Shown: one piece after another, positions 16,278-26,544 of the stretch
How positions within the stretch are numbered: the stretch's first letter is position 1
Layout of the letters: each line of letters opens with the position of its first letter
Sequence record: PQ182779.1
Length of the DNA stretch: 64,000 nt
Direction: 5' to 3' (one strand)
Position numbers and translations under genes: made by a program
Notes under the pieces: generated by a model
What the model saw: only the letters and a program-made list of their open reading frames with translations
What the model was told of the DNA's origin: nothing
Databases searched by the model: none

Positions 16278-19074
16278 ATTCAGGTCCGTTTGTTTCTTCT
16301 GGTGTAGCGAAAGGATCTGCTTCCTCTTCAGTGGAAGTTTCTCCTCCTCCTTCTAACTCGTCCGTGGCGAAAGGATCTTCCTCGGTATCTTCGAAGGAAC
16401 CGAAGTCGCCACCACCAAAGGCGTCACCGCCACCGGAATCGTTGTTGTCCCAATCATTTCCGGAACTGTCATTGTCCCAACCGCCGCCAGCGTCATTATT
16501 GGCTGTAAGGATCTCATGCTGTTTCGGGTTCTCTACTTCCATCCGTTTCAGTAACGCGTCACGGGTGGCCGCCAATGCCGAGCTGAAATCGCCAAAGTTA
16601 TGCAGCATATTGACAATGTCGGTAGTAAAGACTTTGATCATATCCAGCGATGGATCTTCTTCCGTGACCGGCGACAGGATCTTCACAAAACCCATATCGA
16701 AGCCTTGACTCTGTAACCAGTCGCGTTTCAGGTACGCTGTCATGTGTGCCCTGAGCATATCGATCTTAGATTGATCTTCCGGTGCAAATGCCCCCAGAAG
16801 TTCGCTTGAGATGTAACAGTCGACAATGTCGTCAATCATATCTTTCACTTTGTCGAATTCTTCTTTTTGTTTCTCAATCCGGTTATTTTCCGGACGAGGT
16901 AACTCAAGGTAGAATGCGTCAAAATAAGCGTCGATCGCATCGAGGTATTTTAAATCTTCCGGGATTTGACTTTCTTTATCGAGACGATATTCTTCAGGGA
17001 GCTTATCATTGTTCTCGGCAAAGATCTTCTGAATACGCCCGATTAAAACACCATCCGAGTTCACGTATGATCTGACGAGCTTCTTCCCATGCTTACAGGT
17101 GTCGTCTTGAATCATCATGATACGTTTAGCGTAGAGCTGGTTAGACGTCCAACGGGTGATAGCAAAGTCTGCCTCGTCAGTCATGTCCACCATCGCCGGT
17201 GTAACAAAGAGACCCATATACTGTTGACGACGAAGATCATTGGTAAAGTTCTCGTCAATGATCTGTTTCTGAGATTGGTACTCATTAATGTCCACAGTGG
17301 TATTCGGGATACGTGGGTTACCCTGTACCTCAATCGTCGTCCCCATCATTCTGAGTACGCGGAACATTTCCGCCGAAGAACTGACATCCGTAGGAGTAAC
17401 GGTGCTGGTCATTCGTTGATACTCATCAATCAAGATCGCATAAGCTTTCTCGGGGTCAGGTGTACGCGGGTCGATGTTCATCGTTACTTTGGTTCTCCCT
17501 ACCGCATTCTTCACGCCCGCCATAAAGTTAGCGAAGGTGGTCATGGCTCGCAGTGCAGAGACCTGTTTGATGTCATCAAGCAACGATTTCCCCATCCCGT
17601 TACTGTCGTAGTCGTAAGCGAAATACGCGACTTGTTCAGCAGGGACAAAGACGAGGTTAGTACGTTGGTTCGCAAACTGACGAAACATCATGATACGCAT
17701 GATATCTTCGTTCCAAGCCATCTTCACGTTACGACCGATCAAACCGTTTTTAATACGGTTGAGGATGTTTTCCTCTAAGACCTGGTTATAGACGCGAATA
17801 CGTTCTTCCGCCGCCATTTTGTCGGTATCCATACAGATACCGTTCTGCGCAATGCGGGTTTGCTGGATTAAACTGGAGGTCATGTCCAGTTGTTGCTGAG
17901 CACCCATTGTACCGATCTGACCATTAGTGGCTGCCTGGTTCAGTTCATCGGTTAAGTTGATCGGGTTACCCAGCTCATCCAGGACAATGACGTAACCGAT
18001 GTGGTTTCGCTCATCGCCTTTCGGGTAACACGGAATCACCGATTCTGAGGGGCACTTAATGACCAGCGGATGACCGATACTGCTTCTGCTGGCTTCTGAG
18101 GCCGCAGGAATAACTTTAACAGGGTTAACGCTAGTTTGACCAGACCGTGAGTTGTAAAGCGTTCTCGCGACCGTCGAGACGTTGTTATGACCGTTTCTTG
18201 ACCGGTACGCCTCCATCCCTGCTCCGCTACGTCCGTAGCGGTATTTGTTTCTCAAACGCTCTTCATTAATCTGGTTACGGATATGGCTCAAACCCATAAT
18301 TCCGAGGTTATCGGTGATGGTGGCACTGTCATTAATACGAACCTGATTAGGGTTCATAACCGGCATGGAGAACATGCTTTCTAAAGACGGTGCCGGCGCA
18401 CTACTGCGAATGTTCTTTTTACCTTTATTCGCATCACGGATTTCCTGATCGGTAATTCCTGGGTCACCTAAGATGCCGACAGATTTTAAGGTTCCGTCAA
18501 CGAAATGCGTTTTCAGTTTTTCGTTGAAACTTTCCGTGGCCAGATAACTACCGACTTCGCGAAGGTTGATGATGTCATCGATAACAGCTTCCGGGACAAT
18601 TACACCGACCCACGCACCTGTTTCAAATAACGCCTCTCCGATGATCTCAGGGAGTTTATCGCGTAAGGGGTAGTATGACTCAAAATGATCCCGTATGACC
18701 TCTGTGACTTGATTGAGGACGCTTGGTGGGATCTCTGACGCATCAGTTTTAAATCCTAACTCCCCTTGGGTCATATCGACCGGAGAAAGGGTAGTGGAAA
18801 CAATCATCTGTTTAATCAATTTAATGTCGGGCGCTAAAGAGATGATTGTTTCTGCGTCCAGGTTCTTTCTGGCGCGACGACTGACGAGACGGTCGAAAAT
18901 CGTTGGGTCGGGAACATCGACACCATTTCCAGGTGTAGTCGTACGATGTACCGCATCCTGAACCAGTTTCGACATAATTGCCGTAGCCGAAGGGGTGCGT
19001 TGGAGCCAATCCTGTGGACGACTGGAAACTTTGATCCCGGTAGGATTCACCGTTTTCTTTTCGTAACTATTCAT
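16276..19074 (-). CDS. portal protein (phiKZ gp129-type), 932 aa
   Basis: GKSLLDDIKQVSALRAMTTFANFMAGVKNAVGRTKVTMNIDPRTPDPEK matches the T4-type portal segment (G-x-S-x-L...A...R-x-x-x-x-I-D). Size and divergent position fit. Confidence 0.75.
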   Translation of the reverse strand: MNSYEKKTVNPTGIKVSSRPQDWLQRTPSATAIMSKLVQDAVHRTTTPGNGVDVPDPTIFDRLVSRRARKNLDAETIISLAPDIKLIKQMIVSTTLSPVDMTQGELGFKTDASEIPPSVLNQVTEVIRDHFESYYPLRDKLPEIIGEALFETGAWVGVIVPEAVIDDIINLREVGSYLATESFNEKLKTHFVDGTLKSVGILGDPGITDQEIRDANKGKKNIRSSAPAPSLESMFSMPVMNPNQVRINDSATITDNLGIMGLSHIRNQINEERLRNKYRYGRSGAGMEAYRSRNGHNNVSTVARTLYNSRSGQTSVNPVKVIPAASEASRSSIGHPLVIKCPSESVIPCYPKGDERNHIGYVIVLDELGNPINLTDELNQAATNGQIGTMGAQQQLDMTSSLIQQTRIAQNGICMDTDKMAAEERIRVYNQVLEENILNRIKNGLIGRNVKMAWNEDIMRIMMFRQFANQRTNLVFVPAEQVAYFAYDYDSNGMGKSLLDDIKQVSALRAMTTFANFMAGVKNAVGRTKVTMNIDPRTPDPEKAYAILIDEYQRMTSTVTPTDVSSSAEMFRVLRMMGTTIEVQGNPRIPNTTVDINEYQSQKQIIDENFTNDLRRQQYMGLFVTPAMVDMTDEADFAITRWTSNQLYAKRIMMIQDDTCKHGKKLVRSYVNSDGVLIGRIQKIFAENNDKLPEEYRLDKESQIPEDLKYLDAIDAYFDAFYLELPRPENNRIEKQKEEFDKVKDMIDDIVDCYISSELLGAFAPEDQSKIDMLRAHMTAYLKRDWLQSQGFDMGFVKILSPVTEEDPSLDMIKVFTTDIVNMLHNFGDFSSALAATRDALLKRMEVENPKQHEILTANNDAGGGWDNDSSGNDWDNNDSGGGDAFGGGDFGSFEDTEEDPFATDELEGGGETSTEEEADPFATPEETNGPE

Positions 19075-19138
19075 AAATTCAGAATCCTTCTCTCACTCTG
19101 AAAAGGGGAATCGATTGTTCTATTGAGGAGACTGCTCG

Positions 19139-21583
19139 GTGGATACCACGCAGAAGTTATATTTAGATAGCGTTATGGCATTGGCACAGACATTGACGAT
19201 TAAATTTCCTGCCGCCGCCACGATGCGTAACGAATACCTTTCACTTATCGGGTATAACGTCGACCCAAGTGCACCTAGCACATGGGCGTACTATATGAAT
19301 CTGGCAGGACAATACCATGCCAGCGATACCCCAATGACGGTTGTTTCTTTAGATACACTCGAGACGATCGAGTTCACATATGATAACTTACTATTACACC
19401 GCGCCACGCGTAAAGCCTACGCGTACGGGACAAGTTATTATCAGAATCTGCTCTCCCGTTACCCTAATCAAGAAACGCTGATACGTGGGATTCTCAACCC
19501 GGTTCCCATGGAGACGATTCTGAGCGCGAAGAGTTGGGAAATCCTCTATTACGATTCAGAGCACGTTGAGTCACAAGAGGTGTATTTAATCAGCGACCTG
19601 CAAGAGTGGATTAATAATTTTACCAACCGCTGGTACATGCCGCTCCCTGCTCGTGTACAACTGCAATATCCGGCGACCTTTTTCGGTTTAATGTTTTCTC
19701 ACCTCCCTGGCGAAATTATTAATATCCGAAATCGGTACGTAAGAACGCCCCAAGTGCACAGTTATCATCTTTGGTGTTATCTGGGGTCGCATGGCCGACT
19801 CAATAAATTCAAAGACTACACGAGTCTCAAACAGGCGCTGTATCTGTACCGTAACATTGAATACATCGAGGCGCACGCCGGGAAAACCAGTACCTTTGTT
19901 GATCTTATCGCGAATATCCTGACGGAGCGACGTATCCCGCTCACCGCGTACGAATTACAACAAGATACGTCAAGTATCGGCGAAGGGATTTACAGCACTG
20001 GTACCGTGGCTAAGATCCCGCAGAATACCTTGGCTGAATCTGTCAGCGGTATTCAGTATATCACGATCGAAGACGCGTTAGAGAATGAAGTCGACTCTGC
20101 AAAAGATAATGCCGATTATCTTGAGACGCAAAAATCTACCGTGCCGGATATGGTTAAAAACGCGATCACCAACATACTCCCCACGAAAGTACTCGAATCG
20201 GTTATGGTCGACCAGTCTGATGCCATGCCGCGGAAGCTGACCGATACGTTATTAACGGAATGGATCTACCTCGCCTCTCACGGAAAGTACACTGCCAATA
20301 TTATCTTAACTGACCCTATTTCGCAGGAAGCGATGTCAATGTCAGTGAAGGAGGCATTGGTACTTTGGGTCTACGCGGTGATGCAGCAGTTTGAAATAAC
20401 GCTCACGGACATCCCTAAACTGACCGCTTTCTTCGCGCAACGTATTCCAAGTCCAACGTTCTCAGAGCTGCGTAAAGCAACGCAGAAAACGTACGTGACA
20501 GAACTCGGGATACAAGTGGCAATGACAGAGACGACCTCAGTAAGTACGATCATCTCTACGGAAGCCTTTTATTCCACGGCAGTCGCTATACAAGGGAACT
20601 TGTCAGCCCACCGGATGATGTATACGTCAATGGAAGATCTTTACCAACGTGGTGAATGGGAAGTCCTCTGTCGGAAATTCTATTGCGACGAACCTTGTAC
20701 ACTGGTCGATCAGCCGACAACATACGCGACGTGGTTTAAAGAAAAGAACTGGACATTGTCCATGTCAACCCCGCAGGAATGGTCAGATTTTGCACTGAGT
20801 ATATTCACTATTGCGACGGGTTCAGATCTTCGGTCGACAATCAGTATCTCGGATATTCACAGCGCAATGATCGGGATCATGACTCAACTTTCTTCTTACG
20901 GCGTTCAGTACGTCCACAAAACGATCGCTGCTCCGGGTATCGTTTTAGACAACCTGGCAGTCCGTTACGGTAAAGTGGAAAGTAAGGGGTACGGTAAAGT
21001 TCAGCTGCCTTCGCGTGTAGAGGTCATTGGTCAAAAACAGAAAGGAAAAAGTAGTACGGTGATCCCGCCGTTTAAAGCGATTGATCTCAATGTTAAAGAG
21101 ATCTACGCTAACTACTATTACCGACTGGATTGGGGTATCGGATTACTTTGCGATACAGCGATCAAAACGATTCATCGAATCCCGATTGCCGAGGTACGCT
21201 TTAAAGGAAGTCTGACAGAAGATATCGCTACTGACGTGAAGAACACCGAGCTCAATGGGTTGTGGCTGTACCATGTCGATTACCGTCCTCTTGACGACAT
21301 CATTAAAACATTGGCGCTCCCCGGTCTTTGGGTTTACCCGCCGGAAGCCGACGACCTGCTTCAAACGGAAGTTCTCGTTCGAAATCTGGACGGTCTCTGG
21401 GTGAAAAAAATCGAACGTGATCCTGAGATTGTTTTAGGGGAAACGACTCTCGACGGTATATGGGTAAGGAAGATCCCGCGTGTTCAGTTGTGGCAAGTTA
21501 TGCCAGATAGACTCTTGGGGTTCACTGAGCCGCTGTTACTCGATGAGTTTTTCCCGACGTCGGTTTTATTGCCTTTCGAATAA
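19139..21583 (+). CDS. virion structural (baseplate wedge-like) protein (phiKZ gp128-type), 814 aa
   Basis: GTG start with GAGGAG RBS. Contains WAYYMNLAGQYH and YLYRNIEYIEAHAGK motifs. Divergent from the portal gene. Confidence 0.6.
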   Translation: MDTTQKLYLDSVMALAQTLTIKFPAAATMRNEYLSLIGYNVDPSAPSTWAYYMNLAGQYHASDTPMTVVSLDTLETIEFTYDNLLLHRATRKAYAYGTSYYQNLLSRYPNQETLIRGILNPVPMETILSAKSWEILYYDSEHVESQEVYLISDLQEWINNFTNRWYMPLPARVQLQYPATFFGLMFSHLPGEIINIRNRYVRTPQVHSYHLWCYLGSHGRLNKFKDYTSLKQALYLYRNIEYIEAHAGKTSTFVDLIANILTERRIPLTAYELQQDTSSIGEGIYSTGTVAKIPQNTLAESVSGIQYITIEDALENEVDSAKDNADYLETQKSTVPDMVKNAITNILPTKVLESVMVDQSDAMPRKLTDTLLTEWIYLASHGKYTANIILTDPISQEAMSMSVKEALVLWVYAVMQQFEITLTDIPKLTAFFAQRIPSPTFSELRKATQKTYVTELGIQVAMTETTSVSTIISTEAFYSTAVAIQGNLSAHRMMYTSMEDLYQRGEWEVLCRKFYCDEPCTLVDQPTTYATWFKEKNWTLSMSTPQEWSDFALSIFTIATGSDLRSTISISDIHSAMIGIMTQLSSYGVQYVHKTIAAPGIVLDNLAVRYGKVESKGYGKVQLPSRVEVIGQKQKGKSSTVIPPFKAIDLNVKEIYANYYYRLDWGIGLLCDTAIKTIHRIPIAEVRFKGSLTEDIATDVKNTELNGLWLYHVDYRPLDDIIKTLALPGLWVYPPEADDLLQTEVLVRNLDGLWVKKIERDPEIVLGETTLDGIWVRKIPRVQLWQVMPDRLLGFTEPLLLDEFFPTSVLLPFE

Positions 21584-21599
21584 AAAGATTGTGCTACGG

Positions 21600-21637
21600 A
21601 AAAGGCGGGTCACCGCCTTTTTTGTTATGACATAACA
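21600..21637 (+). terminator. hairpin H5 plus adjacent palindrome
   Basis: AAAAGGCGG-GTCA-CCGCCTTTT, then TGTTATG-A-CATAACA. Confidence 0.65.
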
Positions 21638-21657
21638 GTTTTCACTTGGAGTCTATA

Positions 21658-22500
21658 ATGGCCACACCGAACGGTTACTACAATAAACCCACCGACGAAC
21701 TCGTCTTTGATTTGATCAAAGAAGCGAACCCAGAAAGCGACTTTACGCAAGATCAGGTCCGCCTGACCAATTTTACCGAAAATACAAACGGGGATCCCAA
21801 GCGCAACACCGCGGGTAAACTTGTTGCGATCTTAGGGATGGGCCGCGAAGGGGAAATTGCCCTGACCTGGAACCGTCCAGATATCGCTGAAATCTTTGCT
21901 GAAGTTGACGTTTATGTCTCTGCCAGCAACAAGTTTAAGAAATCCGATCTGTTAGCGGAGATCAATCTTAACTTTGGTTTTCAATTAGCCGCAGAAGATA
22001 TTTACGACGAAGTACTCAACCTCAGTATTGTTCCGACCGTGACCCAGATTCGTATTCGCCCAACCTGTCCGGCGTTTACGGGGATTCTGGAAGTCAACAT
22101 CGGCGATCCGAAAAAGGCCATCGATACGGTTATTCGGAACAAAGACCTCGACGGTTTGGCTTACCCGACAAACCAGTCGGTGAAGATTCAGGGTCCGCTC
22201 TACCTCTATGCTCAGGATTACACTTACGACGCCGATAACATGCAGCGGTTTGGTTACGGTGATTTGATCGAGGGGGAACTCCTCACTATCCTCAACCGTA
22301 AGTCTCCAGAAGCCTGGATTAATACCCCAACACCCGCCGCATGGAACATGGCTGGCGCCACCGTGTACTTTAACGGACTAACAACCTCTGCTCCCGTTTA
22401 CGTCAACACTAACTACGAGCGTTGCGTCGTGATCCATTTAGACAGTACCTTATGTACTAATGTTGCAGGACATTTAATTCTGCACTACAATTTAAGTTGA
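21658..22500 (+). CDS. tail/baseplate-associated structural protein, 280 aa
   Basis: GGAG lies inside the track's TTG start, so ATG 21658 is preferred. Paralogous to the 22520 and 24104 genes and carries DLDGLAYP. Confidence 0.6.
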   Translation: MATPNGYYNKPTDELVFDLIKEANPESDFTQDQVRLTNFTENTNGDPKRNTAGKLVAILGMGREGEIALTWNRPDIAEIFAEVDVYVSASNKFKKSDLLAEINLNFGFQLAAEDIYDEVLNLSIVPTVTQIRIRPTCPAFTGILEVNIGDPKKAIDTVIRNKDLDGLAYPTNQSVKIQGPLYLYAQDYTYDADNMQRFGYGDLIEGELLTILNRKSPEAWINTPTPAAWNMAGATVYFNGLTTSAPVYVNTNYERCVVIHLDSTLCTNVAGHLILHYNLS

Positions 22501-22519
22501 TCAAAGAGGAAAATAGACG

Positions 22520-23056
22520 ATGGCGGTCTCATTAGATTTAACGAAAACCCCCAAAGCGGCCTTCTATGATTTATTGACTAAATCAACTACCGCTCTCCCT
22601 GACGGTGAAGCATTCACTGACGCCGATTTGACCGCGTCCAATATCACCGCCGTTTCTGGACGTGAAGATGGCGCGAACACATCAGTACTGTTAACCCCGG
22701 TGGCCAGTTCAACGCTGGTTTACGGTGAAGCGAAAACGGTGTATTACCTCCGTAAAGATATCGCGGGTTACGCTATTGAAAAGGCGATCACTGATGACCT
22801 GGCTAATTGGGACGAAGCTGATGCCGCCGCCAGTGCGTTAGCGTACCTGGTCGATAAGTTTTCCTCTTCAATGGTAGCGAGTGACATTGTCGTCGACGCG
22901 CCGGTGACCAATGAAGATAGTACCGTTTCCGTTAAAGTGACGATGGCTGAAAACCACCTGACTCTTTTCGGTACGATCACTCTGACCATCACTGCCGCTG
23001 AAACGCGAATGAACACCACCAACATCCCTGATACTCAGGATGGCTTTGGTAGCTAA
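22520..23056 (+). CDS. structural protein, 178 aa, paralog of neighbours
   Basis: GAGGA RBS. T/A/D-rich beta-type composition, with an N-terminus that aligns by eye with 21658 and 24104. Confidence 0.6.
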   Translation: MAVSLDLTKTPKAAFYDLLTKSTTALPDGEAFTDADLTASNITAVSGREDGANTSVLLTPVASSTLVYGEAKTVYYLRKDIAGYAIEKAITDDLANWDEADAAASALAYLVDKFSSSMVASDIVVDAPVTNEDSTVSVKVTMAENHLTLFGTITLTITAAETRMNTTNIPDTQDGFGS

Positions 23057-23072
23057 ATAAGAAAAAGATACG

Positions 23073-23099
23073 GAAGGAGAGCGCTAAGCGCTCTCCTTC
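23073..23099 (+). terminator. hairpin H6
   Basis: GAAGGAGAGCGC-TAA-GCGCTCTCCTTC, then GCTTTTTATG. Confidence 0.75.
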
Positions 23100-23172
23100 G
23101 CTTTTTATGACATTCGCCGTCCTGAGTCGGCGTACCTTCTTCTCGATTGAATTTTTCGCATAGGACTTAAAC

Positions 23173-24090
23173 ATGAGTGCCAGCACAAATACGAATCTCA
23201 TCGCCCGGACGGCGTTAAGCGGACTGCTCCAGACCCATCTGTTAGCGGGCCTGCCGTTGACTGCATTAAAGTACACCACGCTAAACGAAAGACTCGCGGT
23301 AAATAGCGATGCCCAAATTGCTACCACTGATCGTCCTACGTTTGCTTACTACTGTATCGGTGATAAAGGACATTATAACGTCCCGACCGCCGATAACGAA
23401 ATCATTATCGAACCTGCGCAACACACCGCCGCTGACTTTGGGCCGTTCAACATGATCCCATTTGTCATGCGTCTGGAAACCAATGATCTCTCTGTTGCTG
23501 AACGGGCGAACTACGGTCTCCGTAAATTAGAGAATTTGAACGGCGTAAACTACTTTTCTTACTATTTGAAAAAGGTTGATCTCTCTGCTGCGAAACCGAC
23601 CTTGCGCCATACCGTTGTAGTGGACGGGGAAGCAACCACTACCGAATTTGTCCCGAACTCATCGAACCTGTTCCCGACTCGCCCAACGCTGACCTCTGCC
23701 CAGGCGACCACAACGAACTCTGAGTACCTGACTGCCAGTATGGAAGTTGACGTACCTTTCGACGAGAACGATGTTGCAGAACTGAATAATGTCGCCAGCA
23801 TTCTCTACGGTTCACAGAAGCGTGCGATTATCTCGGAGATCGGTTTGGTTTCCGCTATCCAGCGTACCGTACAAGCGGTGGGTCCGGGCGGCGCGCAAAT
23901 CAACATGAATGAAGCGATCTACGCCCAGGTATTGACCTGGCTGTCGACGTATCGCCAGCTGTCCTTCGATAACCAAGGCTTTGTGATCACGCTGGAAATG
24001 GGCGCTAACGAACCGATGCTGACCTCAAATAGCGTAGCGACCCTTTCTACAACATCCAGCATTACGGCCACTATCCGTTCACTGGCTTAA
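23173..24090 (+). CDS. virion structural protein (phiKZ gp139-type), 305 aa
   Basis: AGGA RBS. Contains TTLNERL, YYCIGDKGH, PFVMRLETNDLS and AIISEIGLVS motifs recalled for this family. Confidence 0.55.
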   Translation: MSASTNTNLIARTALSGLLQTHLLAGLPLTALKYTTLNERLAVNSDAQIATTDRPTFAYYCIGDKGHYNVPTADNEIIIEPAQHTAADFGPFNMIPFVMRLETNDLSVAERANYGLRKLENLNGVNYFSYYLKKVDLSAAKPTLRHTVVVDGEATTTEFVPNSSNLFPTRPTLTSAQATTTNSEYLTASMEVDVPFDENDVAELNNVASILYGSQKRAIISEIGLVSAIQRTVQAVGPGGAQINMNEAIYAQVLTWLSTYRQLSFDNQGFVITLEMGANEPMLTSNSVATLSTTSSITATIRSLA

Positions 24091-24103
24091 TAGGAGGTGA
24101 CCA

Positions 24104-25249
24104 ATGAGTACCGTTTTTGGTTACCCTACGATTGAAGCAGAAATTGTTGGTCTCATCAACAAAGCTAACGCGGATCACGGCGCGTCGTTCACGGTTGATA
24201 CGTTATCAATCGAAAGGGGCGAATACGATAGTTTCGAGGCACGTCAGAAGTTCATCGTTAAAGACACCTCGGGCAAGTATTACGGTGTCCGCGATGATAT
24301 CTCGTTGTTTAAACGTAACTTCCAAACGTTGTTCAAAGGGATTGAATTACACGTTCAGGCAGGCTCAGGGTTAAATAACCGGAAAATTCTCGCGTCGCTC
24401 TGTGAAACGTATGGTCTACCACCATTTGAGGACAGCGATTTCGCCGCCGGCTTGTTGGATCTGAACACTGATGCCGGAGATGAAGAAATCTTCATCTCGT
24501 GGCCGATTGCAGAAACCAGCTGGAGTTGGACAGGTTCTGTCGAGTTTTACCTCCGTAATACGAAAACTTCTCTCAGCAGCATTATTACCGATAATCTGGA
24601 TGCCTTCAAAGGCAATAGTTTCTCGGGTATTACGTGGTCAATTCGTCAGACGGCGATGGAAGGGTTATACTACCCGTCGATCTTTGATCTTGACAAGGTG
24701 ATCGTTGAAACCGATCTGAACGGTCTGGAGTACCCAGGAAGTCAGGACCTCAATACGTTAATCACGGTTACAGAACTTAATGGCCTTGAGTACCCAAGTG
24801 ACATCGCTCTAAATAATTTCACTTCCGAACTCAATGGCTTGGAATACCCGCCGGTGATTGACCTGAGCAGCCTGCGCACGGGTGCGTTGGTAGGATTTGA
24901 TTATCCGACTGGTGTCGGTACCAATCGTTACTCGGCCTTGGTCTTGACTCGTCCTCTGGATTTCTCGGATTATCAGAATGCGATTCAGCAGTTCCGTGTA
25001 GGCAGTGAAATCACGGACGCTAGTCTGGTTAAAGCAATTGTGAACATGATTGCCGCTAACTGGGCTACGATGAATACCGAAGCGAACAAAGCGAAATTGA
25101 CCACCGCGTTCACTAACGCCAGAGTCACCTCGATCACGCGTAAACGGTCTATTCATGGCTGGACAGAGACAGTCAATGTGACGCCGTCTACGGTGTCGTT
25201 TGTTGTCGGTCAGGCTTCACTGCGTTACGATATCGAAACCGAAGAATAA
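24104..25249 (+). CDS. tail-associated structural protein with tandem LNGLEYP repeats, 381 aa
   Basis: AGGAGG RBS. About 5 repeats of roughly 20 aa at 24640-24910. Confidence 0.65.
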   Translation: MSTVFGYPTIEAEIVGLINKANADHGASFTVDTLSIERGEYDSFEARQKFIVKDTSGKYYGVRDDISLFKRNFQTLFKGIELHVQAGSGLNNRKILASLCETYGLPPFEDSDFAAGLLDLNTDAGDEEIFISWPIAETSWSWTGSVEFYLRNTKTSLSSIITDNLDAFKGNSFSGITWSIRQTAMEGLYYPSIFDLDKVIVETDLNGLEYPGSQDLNTLITVTELNGLEYPSDIALNNFTSELNGLEYPPVIDLSSLRTGALVGFDYPTGVGTNRYSALVLTRPLDFSDYQNAIQQFRVGSEITDASLVKAIVNMIAANWATMNTEANKAKLTTAFTNARVTSITRKRSIHGWTETVNVTPSTVSFVVGQASLRYDIETEE

Positions 25250-25256
25250 CAGACAA

Positions 25257-25284
25257 AAGAAAGGGGGCTTCGGTCCCCTTTCTT
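25257..25284 (+). terminator. hairpin H7
   Basis: AAGAAAGGGGGC-TTCG-GTCCCCTTTCTT, then ATTTT. Confidence 0.75.
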
Positions 25285-25331
25285 ATTTTATAGACCATGT
25301 ATTTATTTTGAAATAGTGTTAAGGAACGACA

Positions 25332-25913
25332 ATGAATGACCAATTTTTTAGAATCATGGGTATCGACCCAGGGAGTCGTTGTTTTGGGATTTCGATTTTA
25401 GATTACGATCTCGATACCGGGAAAGTTTACCTCCGCCACGCTGAGACTTTCCACGCTGATCGCTTCTTAACTGACGTTAGTCCGGAATTGGTCTTAGGGG
25501 ACCGAGGTGCGCGACATGCAAAGTGCAGAGAGTTCCTTATCGAACGTTTGCATTACTTTAACCCTGTCTTAGTCTCTTGCGAATCGGCGTTCATGAAATT
25601 GAAATTTGTCTCTGCTTTCCAGTCTCTGGTAGAAGGGATTGTGATGGCCCGTGAGGCAGTCTGGGATTTTAAAAATACATTACCGTTATTTTTAGTTGAT
25701 CCACCCACGGCAAAAAAGGCGGTTGGTGCACCAGGTAAAGGCGGGGACAAAGAAGCCGTTCGTAAAGCGGTGAAAAAATTGATTGCAGAAAAGACGTTGT
25801 ATGTTGATAGCGAATTAGATATCGATGAACTCGATGAACACAGCATCGATTCAATCGCCATCGGGTATTGGTTGTTCCTTAAATGGAAACGGGAATTAAC
25901 GGGTATAATTTAA
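25332..25913 (+). CDS. ruvC: RuvC-like Holliday junction resolvase
   Basis: RIMGIDPGSRCFGISILD, VSCESAF, KKAVGAPGKGGDKEAV and DEHSIDSIAIG supply the RuvC acidic catalytic set. Confidence 0.9.
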   Translation: MNDQFFRIMGIDPGSRCFGISILDYDLDTGKVYLRHAETFHADRFLTDVSPELVLGDRGARHAKCREFLIERLHYFNPVLVSCESAFMKLKFVSAFQSLVEGIVMAREAVWDFKNTLPLFLVDPPTAKKAVGAPGKGGDKEAVRKAVKKLIAEKTLYVDSELDIDELDEHSIDSIAIGYWLFLKWKRELTGII

Positions 25914-25923
25914 GAAGGTAAAC

Positions 25924-26544
25924 ATGGCAAGAGCAAAACTATTGATCATTGAAGGACTCGATGGCGCAGGGAAAACAGAAGCAGTCTCATTACTCCGACA
26001 GGCGTTGAAAGAACGTGGTGAATCTGTCGTGGTGTTTCGTGAGCCTGGCGGCAATGTCCCTGCAGAAAAAATCCGCGAATTAACACAGTCGTCAGATCGC
26101 CCGTCTTCCCCCGCTGCTCGTGCTCTGTTGTTCGTCTCGGCACGTAAAGAGATCTTCGACAGTCAAGTTAACTTTGCTCTGGAGGGTGGACATACCGTTA
26201 TTCTTGACCGCTCATGGCCTTCGACTTTCGCCTATAGCCCGAAAGAAGAATGGGATTGGATTTTCAATCTCCACGAAGGATTAGGACTCTTCGATCACCA
26301 CCACTCAATTTTTTTCTTGGATATCGATTACGCCACCCACGTTGCTCGGTTAGGGCGTCGCAAAAAAGATGTCATCGAAGAAGAATTGGCGACCCAATTT
26401 GATTTCTACCGTGACCGTTACTTAACGGTTTTGAATGACCTTGCGCCAGAGGCTAACGGAAAGGTCGCTCTCATTGATGCCACCCGTCCGTTGTCCGAGG
26501 TCTTTCTTCAACTGATGGCAAGTTATGATGAGGTCTATCAATGA
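25924..26544 (+). CDS. tmk: thymidylate (dTMP) kinase
   Basis: IIEGLDGAGKT P-loop, FREPGG and VILDRSWPST. Confidence 0.92.
   Translation: MARAKLLIIEGLDGAGKTEAVSLLRQALKERGESVVVFREPGGNVPAEKIRELTQSSDRPSSPAARALLFVSARKEIFDSQVNFALEGGHTVILDRSWPSTFAYSPKEEWDWIFNLHEGLGLFDHHHSIFFLDIDYATHVARLGRRKKDVIEEELATQFDFYRDRYLTVLNDLAPEANGKVALIDATRPLSEVFLQLMASYDEVYQ

Noticed and set aside
16241-17778. Plus-strand ORFs 16241-16708 (S/P-rich), 16782-17075 and 17089-17778
   Set aside because: Antisense to the portal gene. The S/P richness mirrors the acidic Gly tail, and 16241 starts inside a terminator hairpin.
24640-24910. Regularly spaced roughly 60-nt repeats as a CRISPR array or DGR variable region
   Set aside because: The repeats are in frame, diverge at synonymous positions and are not identical. 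No cas or reverse transcriptase gene is present.
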